Part shown: piece by piece, positions 12,325 to 22,109 of the stretch
How the letters are laid out: each line of letters begins with the position of its first letter
Numbering within the stretch: the first letter of the stretch is position 1
Source of the DNA: Patescibacteria group bacterium
Lineage (GTDB): Bacteria; Patescibacteriota; Dojkabacteria; J137
Direction: 5' to 3'
DNA length: 64,000 nt
Assembly (NCBI GenBank): GCA_016861265.1
Contig: BOLA01000001.1
Span: 671,118-735,117 of the forward strand
Program-made: the position numbers and the translations under genes
Notes under the pieces: generated by a model
Databases searched by the model: none
Told to the model about the DNA's origin: nothing
Seen by the model: only the letters and a program-made list of their open reading frames with translations

Positions 12325-13536
12325 ATGGCAAATACAGCCAAAAACAAACAAGCATCAGAGCTTTTAGATGCAGTTGTCCCCCCAAAAACTTATAAGAAAG
12401 GAAACATTATTGAAGGTACCGTTATTGATGTTAAAGACGGCCAAATTCTTGTAGATGTTGGCGCTAGAGCCGAAGGTGTAATTTCTGGAAGAGAAATGAA
12501 GCTTGAAGGCAAGAGAGTTAACAAAAAAGTTGGTGACGTAATTCTAGTTTATGTAGTTAATCCTGAAAATGAGGAAGGTCAAATTGAACTTTCCATTAGA
12601 AGAACTGGCTCAGAACTAAAATGGCACGAACTTGAATTAGCTAAGAAAAACGAAACTCCAATCGAAGTAAAGGTTATTGAAGCCAATACCGGAGGTGTTA
12701 TTGTTGAAATTAGCGAGACTATGAGAGGATTTGTACCTAGTTCTCAACTTAATAATAAAAGAATCTATGCTCCAAACTTATACTCTTCAAAAGAAGACTC
12801 TACAAAGGTTCTTCAGACTAAGTTAGCTGAGATGATCGGCGAAACTTTGAAGGTGAAAGTAATGGAAATAGATAAGGAGAAGAATAAAGTTATCCTTTCT
12901 GAAAAATCCGTATATTCCGAAACTGACATGAAGTTAAGAACACAAACATTAACTTCTTTGAAAGTTGGAGATGTATTGGAAGGTGCTGTTACAGGTATCG
13001 CTCCATTCGGATTATTCATTAATGCTCAGGGTCTTGAAGGATTAGTTCACTTGTCCGAAATTTCTTGGGATAAGGTAATTTCACCTGCAGACTTCTACCA
13101 TGTAGGAGATATTGTTAAGGTTCAAGTTATCGGATTACAGGACAATGGAAAGAGAGTAGCTTACTCCATTAAGAGACTACAAGAGGATCCATGGAAGAGC
13201 ATTGTACAAAAGTACAAAGTGGGTCAAATCGTAGAAGGTGAAGTTAAATCTATTGCTGACTACGGTGCATTTATTAAAATTGAAGACGGACTTAACGGCT
13301 TAGTTCATATTTCTGAACTATCAAGCAAATTAGTTAAGAATCCTTCTCAAGTAGTAAATGTTGGGGACAAAATCAAGGTAATGATAATCTCTATCTCAAA
13401 CGACGATAGACATTTAGGATTATCTTTAAAAAGAGCTCAAAAAACTGATGCAGCTACAGATGATGCATCTTCTAGAGAGTTAGAGGAATTAGACAAACTA
13501 ATTTCCGAGACTACTCCGGCAGAGAAAGCTGAGTAA
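12325..13536 (+). CDS. rpsA: 30S ribosomal protein S1 (four S1 domains)
   Basis: Repeated S1 motifs (GFVPSSQL, GLVHLSEISW, GLVHISELS). Confidence 0.95.
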   Translation: MANTAKNKQASELLDAVVPPKTYKKGNIIEGTVIDVKDGQILVDVGARAEGVISGREMKLEGKRVNKKVGDVILVYVVNPENEEGQIELSIRRTGSELKWHELELAKKNETPIEVKVIEANTGGVIVEISETMRGFVPSSQLNNKRIYAPNLYSSKEDSTKVLQTKLAEMIGETLKVKVMEIDKEKNKVILSEKSVYSETDMKLRTQTLTSLKVGDVLEGAVTGIAPFGLFINAQGLEGLVHLSEISWDKVISPADFYHVGDIVKVQVIGLQDNGKRVAYSIKRLQEDPWKSIVQKYKVGQIVEGEVKSIADYGAFIKIEDGLNGLVHISELSSKLVKNPSQVVNVGDKIKVMIISISNDDRHLGLSLKRAQKTDAATDDASSRELEELDKLISETTPAEKAE

Positions 13537-13556
13537 TTAGCTATTTGTAGATTGTT

Positions 13557-13582
13557 GGCCCTCGAGAAATCGAGGGTTTTTT
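13557..13582 (+). terminator. Intrinsic terminator after rpsA
   Basis: CCCTCGA-GAAA-TCGAGGG-TTTTTT. Confidence 0.85.
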
Positions 13583-13689
13583 TATCTCTCAGAAAATAGT
13601 CATTGTACGTAAGGCTTATAGAAAAGTATACCTCCAAAAATTAAAATTAGCATGCTATACTTGTAACTGCTAAATGTTAAAATTTTCTA

Positions 13690-16212
13690 ATGGAAGATGA
13701 AGATATTAAAGGAATAAATAGACTTACTACCAATGCAAGAAGGGTAATTGAACAGGCTTATACAAATGCAGGAAGATACAAGTATAACGAATTCAAGGCT
13801 ATTCATCTTTTTTATACATTACTTCAGGATAAAGGGGGTATTGTATTCGAAATTTTGAACAAGCTTGGTGTAGACATAGAGTCCAGTGCAAGCAGAATTC
13901 TCAAGGAATTTGAGGAAAACGAGGCCCTACACATAGGAGAAGGGGTTCAAACGATTTTCGGAAAAGAAATTAAGGATGTTATAAATGAAAGTTTTATTGT
14001 TGCATTCAATTTGAACCATTTGTACATAGGAACTGAACACCTATTGTTGGGAATGTTTAATTTAAAAGATGTTCCCTTTATTGAAGAGCTTAAAAGCTTA
14101 GGCTTAAACGCAGAAGCAATTCGAAGAACTCTAGTTTCAGTGGGTAATTATAATGCACTAACTTCTGTGCTTAAAAATTCTGAAATGAATAATATAAATG
14201 AGTTTGGGCCTGAGTTCGGTCAAGGCGCCAAATCTGCTTTACCATACTTTACAAGGAATATGAACGAAGTTGCCGAGGAAGGTGGTTATCCTAATATTTC
14301 AGGAAGAGACCAGGAAATTCAAAGACTTATTCATATACTTGCAAGAAAAACAAAAAATAACCCAATACTAGTAGGAGATGCAGGAGTTGGTAAAACGGCT
14401 ATCGTAGAAGGTTTTGTGAACGCTATCGTAAAAAAGAAAGTACCGGCGTCATTCTTGAATGCAAAAGTGTTGAGTCTGGATATTGGCGCAGTATTGTCTG
14501 GAGCAAAGCTTAGAGGAGATGTTGAGGAAAGAATTTCGGCAGTAATTAACGAAGCAATGAATGATGAAAATACAATCATATTTATTGATGAAATTCATAA
14601 TATAGTAGGAGCAGGTAGTGCGGGCGGTAAGGACACCATGGACATTGCAAATATGTTAAAACCTTATCTAACAAACTCTACATTAAGTATTATTGGTGCA
14701 ACTACTCAAGATGAATACAGTAAATATTTTGAAACCGATTCTGCACTAACCAGAAGATTCCAGCCAATAACAGTTGACGAGTTAAGTATTGATAGTGCTA
14801 AACAAGTAATTTCAAAAGTGACTCCAGATCTAGAGAAATATCATAATGTAAAGATCACCGAAGAAGCTATAAATTCAGCTGTAGATTTATCGAATAAGTT
14901 TATTAGAGATAGGTATCTTCCCGACAAAGCCATAGACGTACTAGACGAAGCAGCAGCTAGCGTAAAAGTGGGCCGGGAAAAGGCATTAGAGCCCCAAATT
15001 AACGAGCTTAGTGATAAGTTGATTGATTACCAAAATAAAAAGAATGAGGCGTTAAAAAAACAGGATTTTAAAAGTGCAGCTAACTACAGGGAAAAGGAAG
15101 AGGGAATTGTTGAAGAGATTCAGGAAGTTATTAGTGGTAAAAAGAAAGTGGGTATTAAATATTCCAAGGTTGTATCTACAGATTTAATTAAAGAAATCAT
15201 AGTGGAATGGACAAAGATTCCAATTGTGGCGGCAGATATTTCCGATAAAAAGTTAAAGGATTTAGCCGATAATTTAAGAAAAAGGATAGTAGGAGAGGAT
15301 AGAGTTATTGATAACGTTGCGCAGGCCGTGCAAAGGTCTCATTTGGGTTTGAATGGGGGCAATAGGCCATTAGCAAGTTTTATGTTCCTGGGTCCTACGG
15401 GAGTAGGAAAAACTGAGTTAGCTAAGACTTTAGCGAAGGAGCTATTCGGTTCAGAAAATCTTCTGCACCAGATTAATATGAGTGAGTACATGGAAATGCA
15501 TAGTGTTTCAAAACTAATAGGTTCGCCTCCTGGATATGTAGGTTACCAGGAAGGTGGTCAGTTAACTACATTCGTAAAAAGAAAACCATATTCTGTTGTA
15601 CTTTTTGACGAAATTGAAAAGGCTCATCTAGATGTATTAAATATTCTGCTTCAAATTTTAGAGGAAGGAGAGCTTACTGATGGAAAGGGCAACAAGGTTA
15701 GTTTTAAGAACACAATTATAATTCTTACATCTAATATCGGCGCTGACGATATTTCAGAAGACTCAAAGCTTGGATTTGATATCGAAGTCGAGGATATTAA
15801 AAAGGACGAAATGGAAGAAGCCTATGATGACATGAGAAATAGGGTAATGGAAGAATTAAGAGAGACTCTAAGGCCAGAATTGCTAAATAGAATAGATTTA
15901 ATAGACATATTTAGAGGTCTAAATAAAGATGATTGCCTAAAGATTTCTAAGCTTACAATAGATGAATTTACGAAAAGATTAATTCCTTTAGGAATACTAT
16001 TTGAAGCGACAGAAGATGTTGTTAAGAAAATTAATGATGAAGGATACAGCAAGGAATACGGGGCAAGAAATATTAGAAGAAAAGTTCAAGAGCTACTAGA
16101 AAATGGGTTGGCAGAATTTTTATTAAAACAAAAACTATCTAAGAAAAGAAAAGATCTAGTAAAGATTGTAGCCTCTGTAAAGGGCGATAAGATTGTATTT
16201 ACTAGTAATTAA
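13690..16212 (+). CDS. clpC: ATP-dependent Clp protease ATP-binding subunit ClpC-like
   Basis: Clp N-domain, two AAA+ modules (GDAGVGKT, GPTGVGKT), LIGSPPGYVGY, LGF ClpP-docking loop, GARNIRR. Confidence 0.93.
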   Translation: MEDEDIKGINRLTTNARRVIEQAYTNAGRYKYNEFKAIHLFYTLLQDKGGIVFEILNKLGVDIESSASRILKEFEENEALHIGEGVQTIFGKEIKDVINESFIVAFNLNHLYIGTEHLLLGMFNLKDVPFIEELKSLGLNAEAIRRTLVSVGNYNALTSVLKNSEMNNINEFGPEFGQGAKSALPYFTRNMNEVAEEGGYPNISGRDQEIQRLIHILARKTKNNPILVGDAGVGKTAIVEGFVNAIVKKKVPASFLNAKVLSLDIGAVLSGAKLRGDVEERISAVINEAMNDENTIIFIDEIHNIVGAGSAGGKDTMDIANMLKPYLTNSTLSIIGATTQDEYSKYFETDSALTRRFQPITVDELSIDSAKQVISKVTPDLEKYHNVKITEEAINSAVDLSNKFIRDRYLPDKAIDVLDEAAASVKVGREKALEPQINELSDKLIDYQNKKNEALKKQDFKSAANYREKEEGIVEEIQEVISGKKKVGIKYSKVVSTDLIKEIIVEWTKIPIVAADISDKKLKDLADNLRKRIVGEDRVIDNVAQAVQRSHLGLNGGNRPLASFMFLGPTGVGKTELAKTLAKELFGSENLLHQINMSEYMEMHSVSKLIGSPPGYVGYQEGGQLTTFVKRKPYSVVLFDEIEKAHLDVLNILLQILEEGELTDGKGNKVSFKNTIIILTSNIGADDISEDSKLGFDIEVEDIKKDEMEEAYDDMRNRVMEELRETLRPELLNRIDLIDIFRGLNKDDCLKISKLTIDEFTKRLIPLGILFEATEDVVKKINDEGYSKEYGARNIRRKVQELLENGLAEFLLKQKLSKKRKDLVKIVASVKGDKIVFTSN

Positions 16213-16236
16213 CCTCTTTGTCGAAGCTTGTCTTCC

Positions 16237-16267
16237 GGCCCTCTTCTTTTGAAGAGGGCTTATTTTT
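16237..16267 (+). terminator. Intrinsic terminator after clpC
   Basis: GCCCTCTTC-TTTT-GAAGAGGGC-TTATTTTT. Confidence 0.85.
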
Positions 16268-16335
16268 ATACTAAATCTAGCTGCGGACGTACCTATAGGA
16301 TCTGATGTGTAAAGTTTAGGAAAATACTATAGGTG

Positions 16336-16363
16336 TTGACAAAATATAGTTATAGGGTATAAT
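16336..16363 (+). promoter_or_regulatory. Consensus promoter upstream of rho
   Basis: TTGACA-16 bp-TATAAT. Confidence 0.8.
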
Positions 16364-16391
16364 AATATTGTCTTTAATAAATGTTTCGTTG

Positions 16392-16477
16392 AAGCCTAAT
16401 CCCAGAGTCTGGTTCGCGTACATCATTCTAAGAAATTAGGGTGAACTTACTGGACTCTAGGATTAGGCTTTTTATTT
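16392..16477 (+). promoter_or_regulatory. Long imperfect hairpin with U-tract in the rho leader (attenuator or sRNA)
   Basis: AAGCCTAATCC-CAGAGTCTGGTTC ... GAAC-TTACTGGACTCT-AGGATTAGGCTT followed by TTTATTT. Confidence 0.6.
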
Positions 16478-16614
16478 CCTCAAAATTTGAATTTCCCTTA
16501 AAGTTGTTATATCATTGAGAGAATTCAATAGAACAAATTTCATTATTCTTGAAAGTTTTAAAATCCCATCCACAAAATTTCGTTTTATTAAAGTTTAATT
16601 TTAATTAAATAACT

Positions 16615-17907
16615 ATGGCTACTGCAAAAAAAGACTCAATAGCGAAGTCTACAAGTATAAAAGAGCTAGAAGATTTGAGTTTAGCTGAACTAAGAAAAAT
16701 CGCTTCTGAACTAGACATTAAAGATTCCCAAGATTACAAAAAAAACGATTTAATATTAGCAATTCTTGCCGAACAAACTAAGCGAGGCGGTAATATTTTC
16801 GCAGAAGGATTCCTTGAGATTGTGAAAGATACTCACGGTGTACTAAGGTCTGCAACAATGCTTCCTGCCGATAGCGATGTTTATGTATCAGGTTCTCAGA
16901 TTAAGAGATTTAACCTAAGACAGGGAGATTTTATATCTGGTCAGGCTCGAGCACCTAAAGAAGGTGAAAGATATCTTAGCTTACTAAAAATAGAAGCTAT
17001 TAACGGAACTAGCCCAGAAAAGGCTATCTCGAGACCATCATTTCAAAAACTTACCCCAATTTATCCAGATAAACAGATTACGTTAGCTACTGAACAGCAT
17101 ATTTTATCTACTAGAGTAATTGACTTAATTAGTCCAATTGGTAAAGGTCAAAGAGGTATGATTGTTGCTCCTCCCAAAGCAGGTAAAACCTGGTTAATGA
17201 AAGATATTGCAAATGGTATTGCCGTAAATCACCCAGAAATTCATTTGATGGTTGTATTAGTAGGCGAGAGACCAGAGGAAGTTACTGATATGCAAAGATT
17301 TGTAAAAGGCGAAGTTATTGCTGCAAACTTTGACGAACCACCAGAATTTCATACAAAAATAGCGGAAATGGCTGTAGAAAGAGCGAAAAGATTAGTGGAA
17401 TACGGTCAAGATGTTGTAATTTTAATGGATAGTATTACTAGATTGGCAAGAGCATACAATATTGTAGCCCCACCATCGGGAAGAACTTTATCAGGTGGTT
17501 TTGACCCTGTGGCTATCTTCCCACCAAAGAAATTCTTCGGTGCTGCTAGAAACATGGAAAATGGAGGCTCCCTAACTATTATTGCTACAGCATTAGTAGA
17601 TACAGGTTCAAAAATGGATGATGTTATCTTTGAAGAGTTTAAAGGTACAGGTAACATGGAAGTTAAATTAGATAGAAGGCTAACTGAAAGAAGAATATTC
17701 CCTGCAATCGATGTGACTGCCTCTTATACAAGAAACGAAGATAAACTATTGGCTCCAGAAGTCTTAGCTCAAACATGGAGAGTAGTTAGGATGTTAGACA
17801 CAATTAAGTCAGAAACTAACGCTAGTCCTACAGATGTGCTTCTTGAAAGGCTAAAAAAGACTAAAAACAACGATGAGTTCTTGGCAACTTTGCATGAGAG
17901 CATGTAA
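16615..17907 (+). CDS. rho: Transcription termination factor Rho
   Basis: DVYVSGSQIKRFNLR, PIGKGQRGMIVAPPKAGKT, DSITRLARAYN, EEFKGTGNME. Confidence 0.98.
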   Translation: MATAKKDSIAKSTSIKELEDLSLAELRKIASELDIKDSQDYKKNDLILAILAEQTKRGGNIFAEGFLEIVKDTHGVLRSATMLPADSDVYVSGSQIKRFNLRQGDFISGQARAPKEGERYLSLLKIEAINGTSPEKAISRPSFQKLTPIYPDKQITLATEQHILSTRVIDLISPIGKGQRGMIVAPPKAGKTWLMKDIANGIAVNHPEIHLMVVLVGERPEEVTDMQRFVKGEVIAANFDEPPEFHTKIAEMAVERAKRLVEYGQDVVILMDSITRLARAYNIVAPPSGRTLSGGFDPVAIFPPKKFFGAARNMENGGSLTIIATALVDTGSKMDDVIFEEFKGTGNMEVKLDRRLTERRIFPAIDVTASYTRNEDKLLAPEVLAQTWRVVRMLDTIKSETNASPTDVLLERLKKTKNNDEFLATLHESM

Positions 17908-17996
17908 GAATTCCCCCTCTAAACTGTGATAAAATAGAATGTCGAATTAAATTTCGACATTCTAAAACAGTTGTATAGTTATTTTTATCACAAAAC

Positions 17997-19199
17997 TTGA
18001 AACTACCTAAAAGAAAAACTTCTGAATCAATACAATCAAAAAAGAAAGTGGGTAGTCCATTAAAAAGAATTAAATCAATTAAATGGATTCCTGTTAATAT
18101 TGCAGATCTTGTTATTAAAATCTTTAACTCAATAAAGAATGCATTTGTATACAGATCCTATTGGGGTAGGAGTAATACATATAAACAAGCCGTTCATATT
18201 GCAATATTTGTAATTACAATAGTTGTTGCTTTCTCCGGGGTTTCTTATAGAATATTCGGTTTAAACGAGTCTAGTCAGAGTTTAAGTAGTAATTACCTAG
18301 GCAACGCAGGTAATGTAGATCTTCTCCAACAAGGAGGTAGTGTACAGAGTTTAATTGCTTCAATCTCATCTACCCCTTTTAAAATTAACTACTATCAAGT
18401 TCAGTCAGGAGACAGCCTACAAAGTATAGCCGAAAAATTTGGAGTTTCTAAGGAAACAATAAAATGGTCAAATGTAGACAAGTATGGTAATTATGACTCC
18501 TATACAAATGAAACAGTAAATATAGGAGACGAATTAAAGATTCCAGAAATAACAGGTGTATTATATGAAGTTAGAGAGGGTGATACTCTCGATTCAATCC
18601 TAAATAAGACAAGTGGTGACCGATTCACTACAATTGAGGTTAATCAAATTCAATCCGATAACTCAATTGTTGGTAGACAAACAATTCTAGTTCCTGATGG
18701 ACGTCTTGCAGCTCCCCAGCCTCCTTTGCCGGTATATAATGTCTTCTACAGACCTAGACCAGCAGCAGGTGACTGTACAAGTGGCACAGGTACACCAATT
18801 AATGGGATTACATTATCCAACCCTCTTTGTAGTAAAGACTGTGAAGGATATACAATATCTCAATACTATTCAGGTCCGTATCCGCTCCATGATGGTATCG
18901 ATTTATCTAAAGGCGGTGGTTGTACGGAGAGTGCATTGTGTGATGGTATAATTACTTTTGCTGGTGATGCAGGGTTTAATAATGGGGGGTATGTTGTTAA
19001 AATAGATTGCGGAAACGGAGTTGTTGCTTCATATTTTCACGGAGATGGTAATATATGGGTATCTGCTGGAGATAAAGTTACAAAAGGTCAACCAGTACAG
19101 TACATGGGATGTACGGGTTGGTGTACTGGAACTCATCTACATTTAATAATTAAGGTAAATGGGGTAACTGTTGACCCAGGTCCTTATGTTCCTTTATAA
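17997..19199 (+). CDS. LysM-domain M23 family peptidoglycan endopeptidase
   Basis: TM segment, LysM repeats (YQVQSGDSLQSIA, YEVREGDTL), M23 motifs HDGID and TGTHLH; start codon uncertain. Confidence 0.9.
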   Translation: MKLPKRKTSESIQSKKKVGSPLKRIKSIKWIPVNIADLVIKIFNSIKNAFVYRSYWGRSNTYKQAVHIAIFVITIVVAFSGVSYRIFGLNESSQSLSSNYLGNAGNVDLLQQGGSVQSLIASISSTPFKINYYQVQSGDSLQSIAEKFGVSKETIKWSNVDKYGNYDSYTNETVNIGDELKIPEITGVLYEVREGDTLDSILNKTSGDRFTTIEVNQIQSDNSIVGRQTILVPDGRLAAPQPPLPVYNVFYRPRPAAGDCTSGTGTPINGITLSNPLCSKDCEGYTISQYYSGPYPLHDGIDLSKGGGCTESALCDGIITFAGDAGFNNGGYVVKIDCGNGVVASYFHGDGNIWVSAGDKVTKGQPVQYMGCTGWCTGTHLHLIIKVNGVTVDPGPYVPL

Positions 19200-19214
19200 G
19201 TATAATCTCTTCAC

Positions 19215-19287
19215 GTCCTTGTAGCTCAATGGATAGAGCAGTCCCGTCCTAAGGGAAAGGTTGGAGGTTCGACTCCTCCCAAGGATA
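19215..19287 (+). tRNA. tRNA-Arg (CCT)
   Basis: GTCCTTG/CAAGGAT acceptor, anticodon loop GTCCTAA, TTCGAC T-loop; no encoded CCA. Confidence 0.93.
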
Positions 19288-19298
19288 TTTTTTGTATT

Positions 19299-19323
19299 AA
19301 AAAAGGCTCCTTTCGGAGCCTTT
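19299..19323. terminator. Bidirectional terminator between tRNA-Arg and ndk
   Basis: AAAAAAGGCTCC-TTTC-GGAGCCTTT. Confidence 0.8.
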
Positions 19324-19336
19324 AATTTGGTTAAAT

Positions 19337-19939
19337 TTAATCCACAATTGCATCCCAGTCTTTACTGTAAAGGATTTTCTCAATTGCTAAATCATAGTTA
19401 CAGAACTCACTTTCGTCGAACCACACTTTAATTTCTCTTTCTGCTTCGCTTACAGAAGAAGAAGCATGAACTAAGTTTCTAGCAGCTCTATCGGTTTCGT
19501 CTGCAACAATATATGAATCGATTGTAAAATCAGCTCTTATTGTTCCTACATCAGCCTTAAGAGGGCTTCCGTGACCTACTACTTTTCGAACATGTTCAAT
19601 TGCATGAGCAGCCTCAATTACAAGAGCAATTGTAGGACCTGCCATAAGCATTCCAACCAATTTTCTTTGAGTTGATTCTGCGTATTCAATGTTTGTTTTT
19701 TCTATTGGTAGACCTTTTTCCTGTCGAACGGCAATTGTTCTATCTCCGCTAGCAATCTTTTCCTCTTCCGACCACTTATAGTGTTCCATGGCCATAGTTT
19801 TATCTGCCTGCTTCATTTTCATTGCAATCACTTTTAGTCCTTTTCTTTCAAATCTAGTTAGAATTTCTCCTACTAGACCCCTTTGTACTGCATCCGGCTT
19901 TAGTAGAACTAGTGTTCTTTCGTGTAATCCTGTTCTCAT
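19337..19939 (-). CDS. ndk: Nucleoside diphosphate kinase
   Basis: ERTLVLLKPDAVQRGLVGEI, GTIRADF, RNLVHASSS catalytic His. Confidence 0.96.
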   Translation of the reverse strand: MRTGLHERTLVLLKPDAVQRGLVGEILTRFERKGLKVIAMKMKQADKTMAMEHYKWSEEEKIASGDRTIAVRQEKGLPIEKTNIEYAESTQRKLVGMLMAGPTIALVIEAAHAIEHVRKVVGHGSPLKADVGTIRADFTIDSYIVADETDRAARNLVHASSSVSEAEREIKVWFDESEFCNYDLAIEKILYSKDWDAIVD

Positions 19940-20019
19940 AAATTAGTAATTTATTAATATGTAAGGCTATAATATTGTTAATTGGATTATATTCCACTTA
20001 ATTTAAAAAGCCAACATAA

Positions 20020-21040
20020 ATGATTAACAATATACTTACACCTAAACGAATTGCCATTGATTTCGGCACTGCAAATTGTGTAATTATAATGGACGGTAAG
20101 GGTATTATTTTACAGGAACCGACTGTTGTAGCAATTTCACCTAAAGAAAAGAAAGTACTAGCGATTGGAGAGGATGCAAAGATAATGTTAGGGTAAAGTC
20201 CCTGAAGGGGTTGAGGCCAAAAGGCCACTTAAAAATGGTGGGATTTCTAATTATAGATTGGCCGAAGCCTTGTTAAGGCGTTTCTTTAAGAAAACAATGG
20301 GCAGGATTATGATAGTTAAACCCGAAGTAATTGTATCAGCCCCAGCTGGACTAACTTCAGTCGAGGAGCGAGCCCTAACACAAGCTCTAGCCTCCGTAGG
20401 AGCTGGAAAAATTTATATATTACCTGAACCTGTAGCAGCAGCAATTGGTGCAGGAATGCCAATTAATCTCCCAACAGGCAACTTAATTGTTAATCTAGGT
20501 GGTGGAACAGCGGAGGTAGCAGTGTTATCACTGAATGGAGTAGTTGCATACGAGTCTTATAGAGGAGCCGGTGATGCATTAAACGAGGCCATTACTAATT
20601 ATTTAAAAAGAAAGCATAATTTAATAATTGGTGAGAATACTGCTGAAGATATTAAAATACAATTTGCCTCTGCCTTAGAAGTCAAGAATCCAGTCCAAAT
20701 TGAAGTCAAGGGTAAGAATTCGAAGAATGGTCAACCCTCTGTTGTTTATATAAACTCAAATGAATTGGTTGAACCTACTAGAGAAGTACTTAACAATATT
20801 GCTAATACAGTAAAGAGAGTATTAACAAAGACACCACCAGAACTTATGGCCGATATAATAGACAACGGCATGATACTAAGCGGTGGAACATCTATGCTTA
20901 AAGGTATAGATGAGTTCTTAACAAAGGCAGTTGGAATACCTGCTAGTGTAGTTGATGAACCTTTAACTTGTGTTGCCAGAGGACTGGATATTGCACTGCA
21001 TAATTTAAATAGTTATAAGAGGAGTATTAAAATAACATAA
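20020..21040 (+). pseudogene. mreB: MreB paralogue 1, interrupted by a one-base frameshift (pseudogene or sequencing error)
   Basis: ATG 20020 gives MINNILTPKRIAIDFGTANC...KIMLG then TAA; removing one G from GGG at 20191-20193 restores LGKVPEGVEAKRPLKNGGISNYRLAEALL, continuous with ORF 20258..21040 (EPVAAAIGAG, GGGTAE, LSGGTSML). Confidence 0.88.
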
Positions 21041-21041
21041 T

Positions 21042-22109
21042 ATGAAAGATCAGACTTTTAAAGAGATTCTACAGGAGTTAGGCAATATAGAAGTAACTCC
21101 ACTTTTAACGCCTATTCCTACGAATTTATCTGAAGAAATGGATAAATTTTTTAAAACACCCGGTTACAATCCTCAATTCAAGTACAGTAGACGCGACTTA
21201 TCTATGCAACGTAAACAAATAGATGAGTCTTTTGAGAAAATAGATTCTTCTTTACTAGAAGAAACTGAGAAGAAGTACCTTCTTGATGTTGCTTTCTTTA
21301 TTGAGTGCTTAATTGATCTGAACGAGTCACTAGGTAAGGAGAATTTATTCTGGGAGAATATACAGAGAGTCTATAATTGGGACTTAAATACTACTCCGGA
21401 CTTTAACAATTTAATATTAAGAAAAGAAGTTTCTGAGAATATCTACAATGCGATTACAATAAAGCAGAAACTAGAAGAAGCCCTAAATTCTCGTAACCTA
21501 GCGTGGAAAGTGGAGATTGTAGGGAAGGATAGGAGTGATGTGAGAGTGAGTATTGATAAACGGGTAGTTAATGTAGGAGAGCAAGCAGTATCAAATCCAA
21601 TCAAGCTCAAAAAAACAATTGTTCACGAGATTGATAGTCACATAATAAGATATGAAAATGCCCTAAAAACTGGCATTTCTATAATAGTTAGGGGTAATCT
21701 GCCTGGAAAAATATTAGCCGAAGAAGGTTTTGCAGTATTTAATGAGTATAAAAATGGGGTATTAACAACAGAAGACCTAGATAGGTATAAAATGAGATTC
21801 GAATTATGTAGAGAAGGCGGTAGTTTTAGGGAAATTTATACTAAATGTATTGATGTATATAAATTAAGCTCTACAAAGGCCTTTGAGACAACTCTACGAG
21901 TAAAACGAGGCTATGGGGATACTAATTATCCATATATACATAAAAAGGATTCATCTTATCTAAAAGGTTTAGAGCTAATTATTCAATCAGTTAAAGAAGT
22001 TGAGGACTATAAACATTTGTTCTGGGGTAGAGTACCTTCGGAAAATGAATATATTTTTAGTAAGCTGAGACTGGAAGACATAGATTTTACCTACCCCAGT
22101 TGGCTTTAA
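21042..22109 (+). CDS. DUF1704 / MATCAP-like zinc carboxypeptidase
   Basis: YNPQFKY, HEIDSH (HExxxH), EEG downstream, RVKRG and KDSSYLKG, the motif set I associate with DUF1704. Confidence 0.82.
   Translation: MKDQTFKEILQELGNIEVTPLLTPIPTNLSEEMDKFFKTPGYNPQFKYSRRDLSMQRKQIDESFEKIDSSLLEETEKKYLLDVAFFIECLIDLNESLGKENLFWENIQRVYNWDLNTTPDFNNLILRKEVSENIYNAITIKQKLEEALNSRNLAWKVEIVGKDRSDVRVSIDKRVVNVGEQAVSNPIKLKKTIVHEIDSHIIRYENALKTGISIIVRGNLPGKILAEEGFAVFNEYKNGVLTTEDLDRYKMRFELCREGGSFREIYTKCIDVYKLSSTKAFETTLRVKRGYGDTNYPYIHKKDSSYLKGLELIIQSVKEVEDYKHLFWGRVPSENEYIFSKLRLEDIDFTYPSWL

Noticed and set aside
19998-20228. 76-aa minus-strand ORF
   Set aside because: Antisense shadow of the mreB N-terminal coding region
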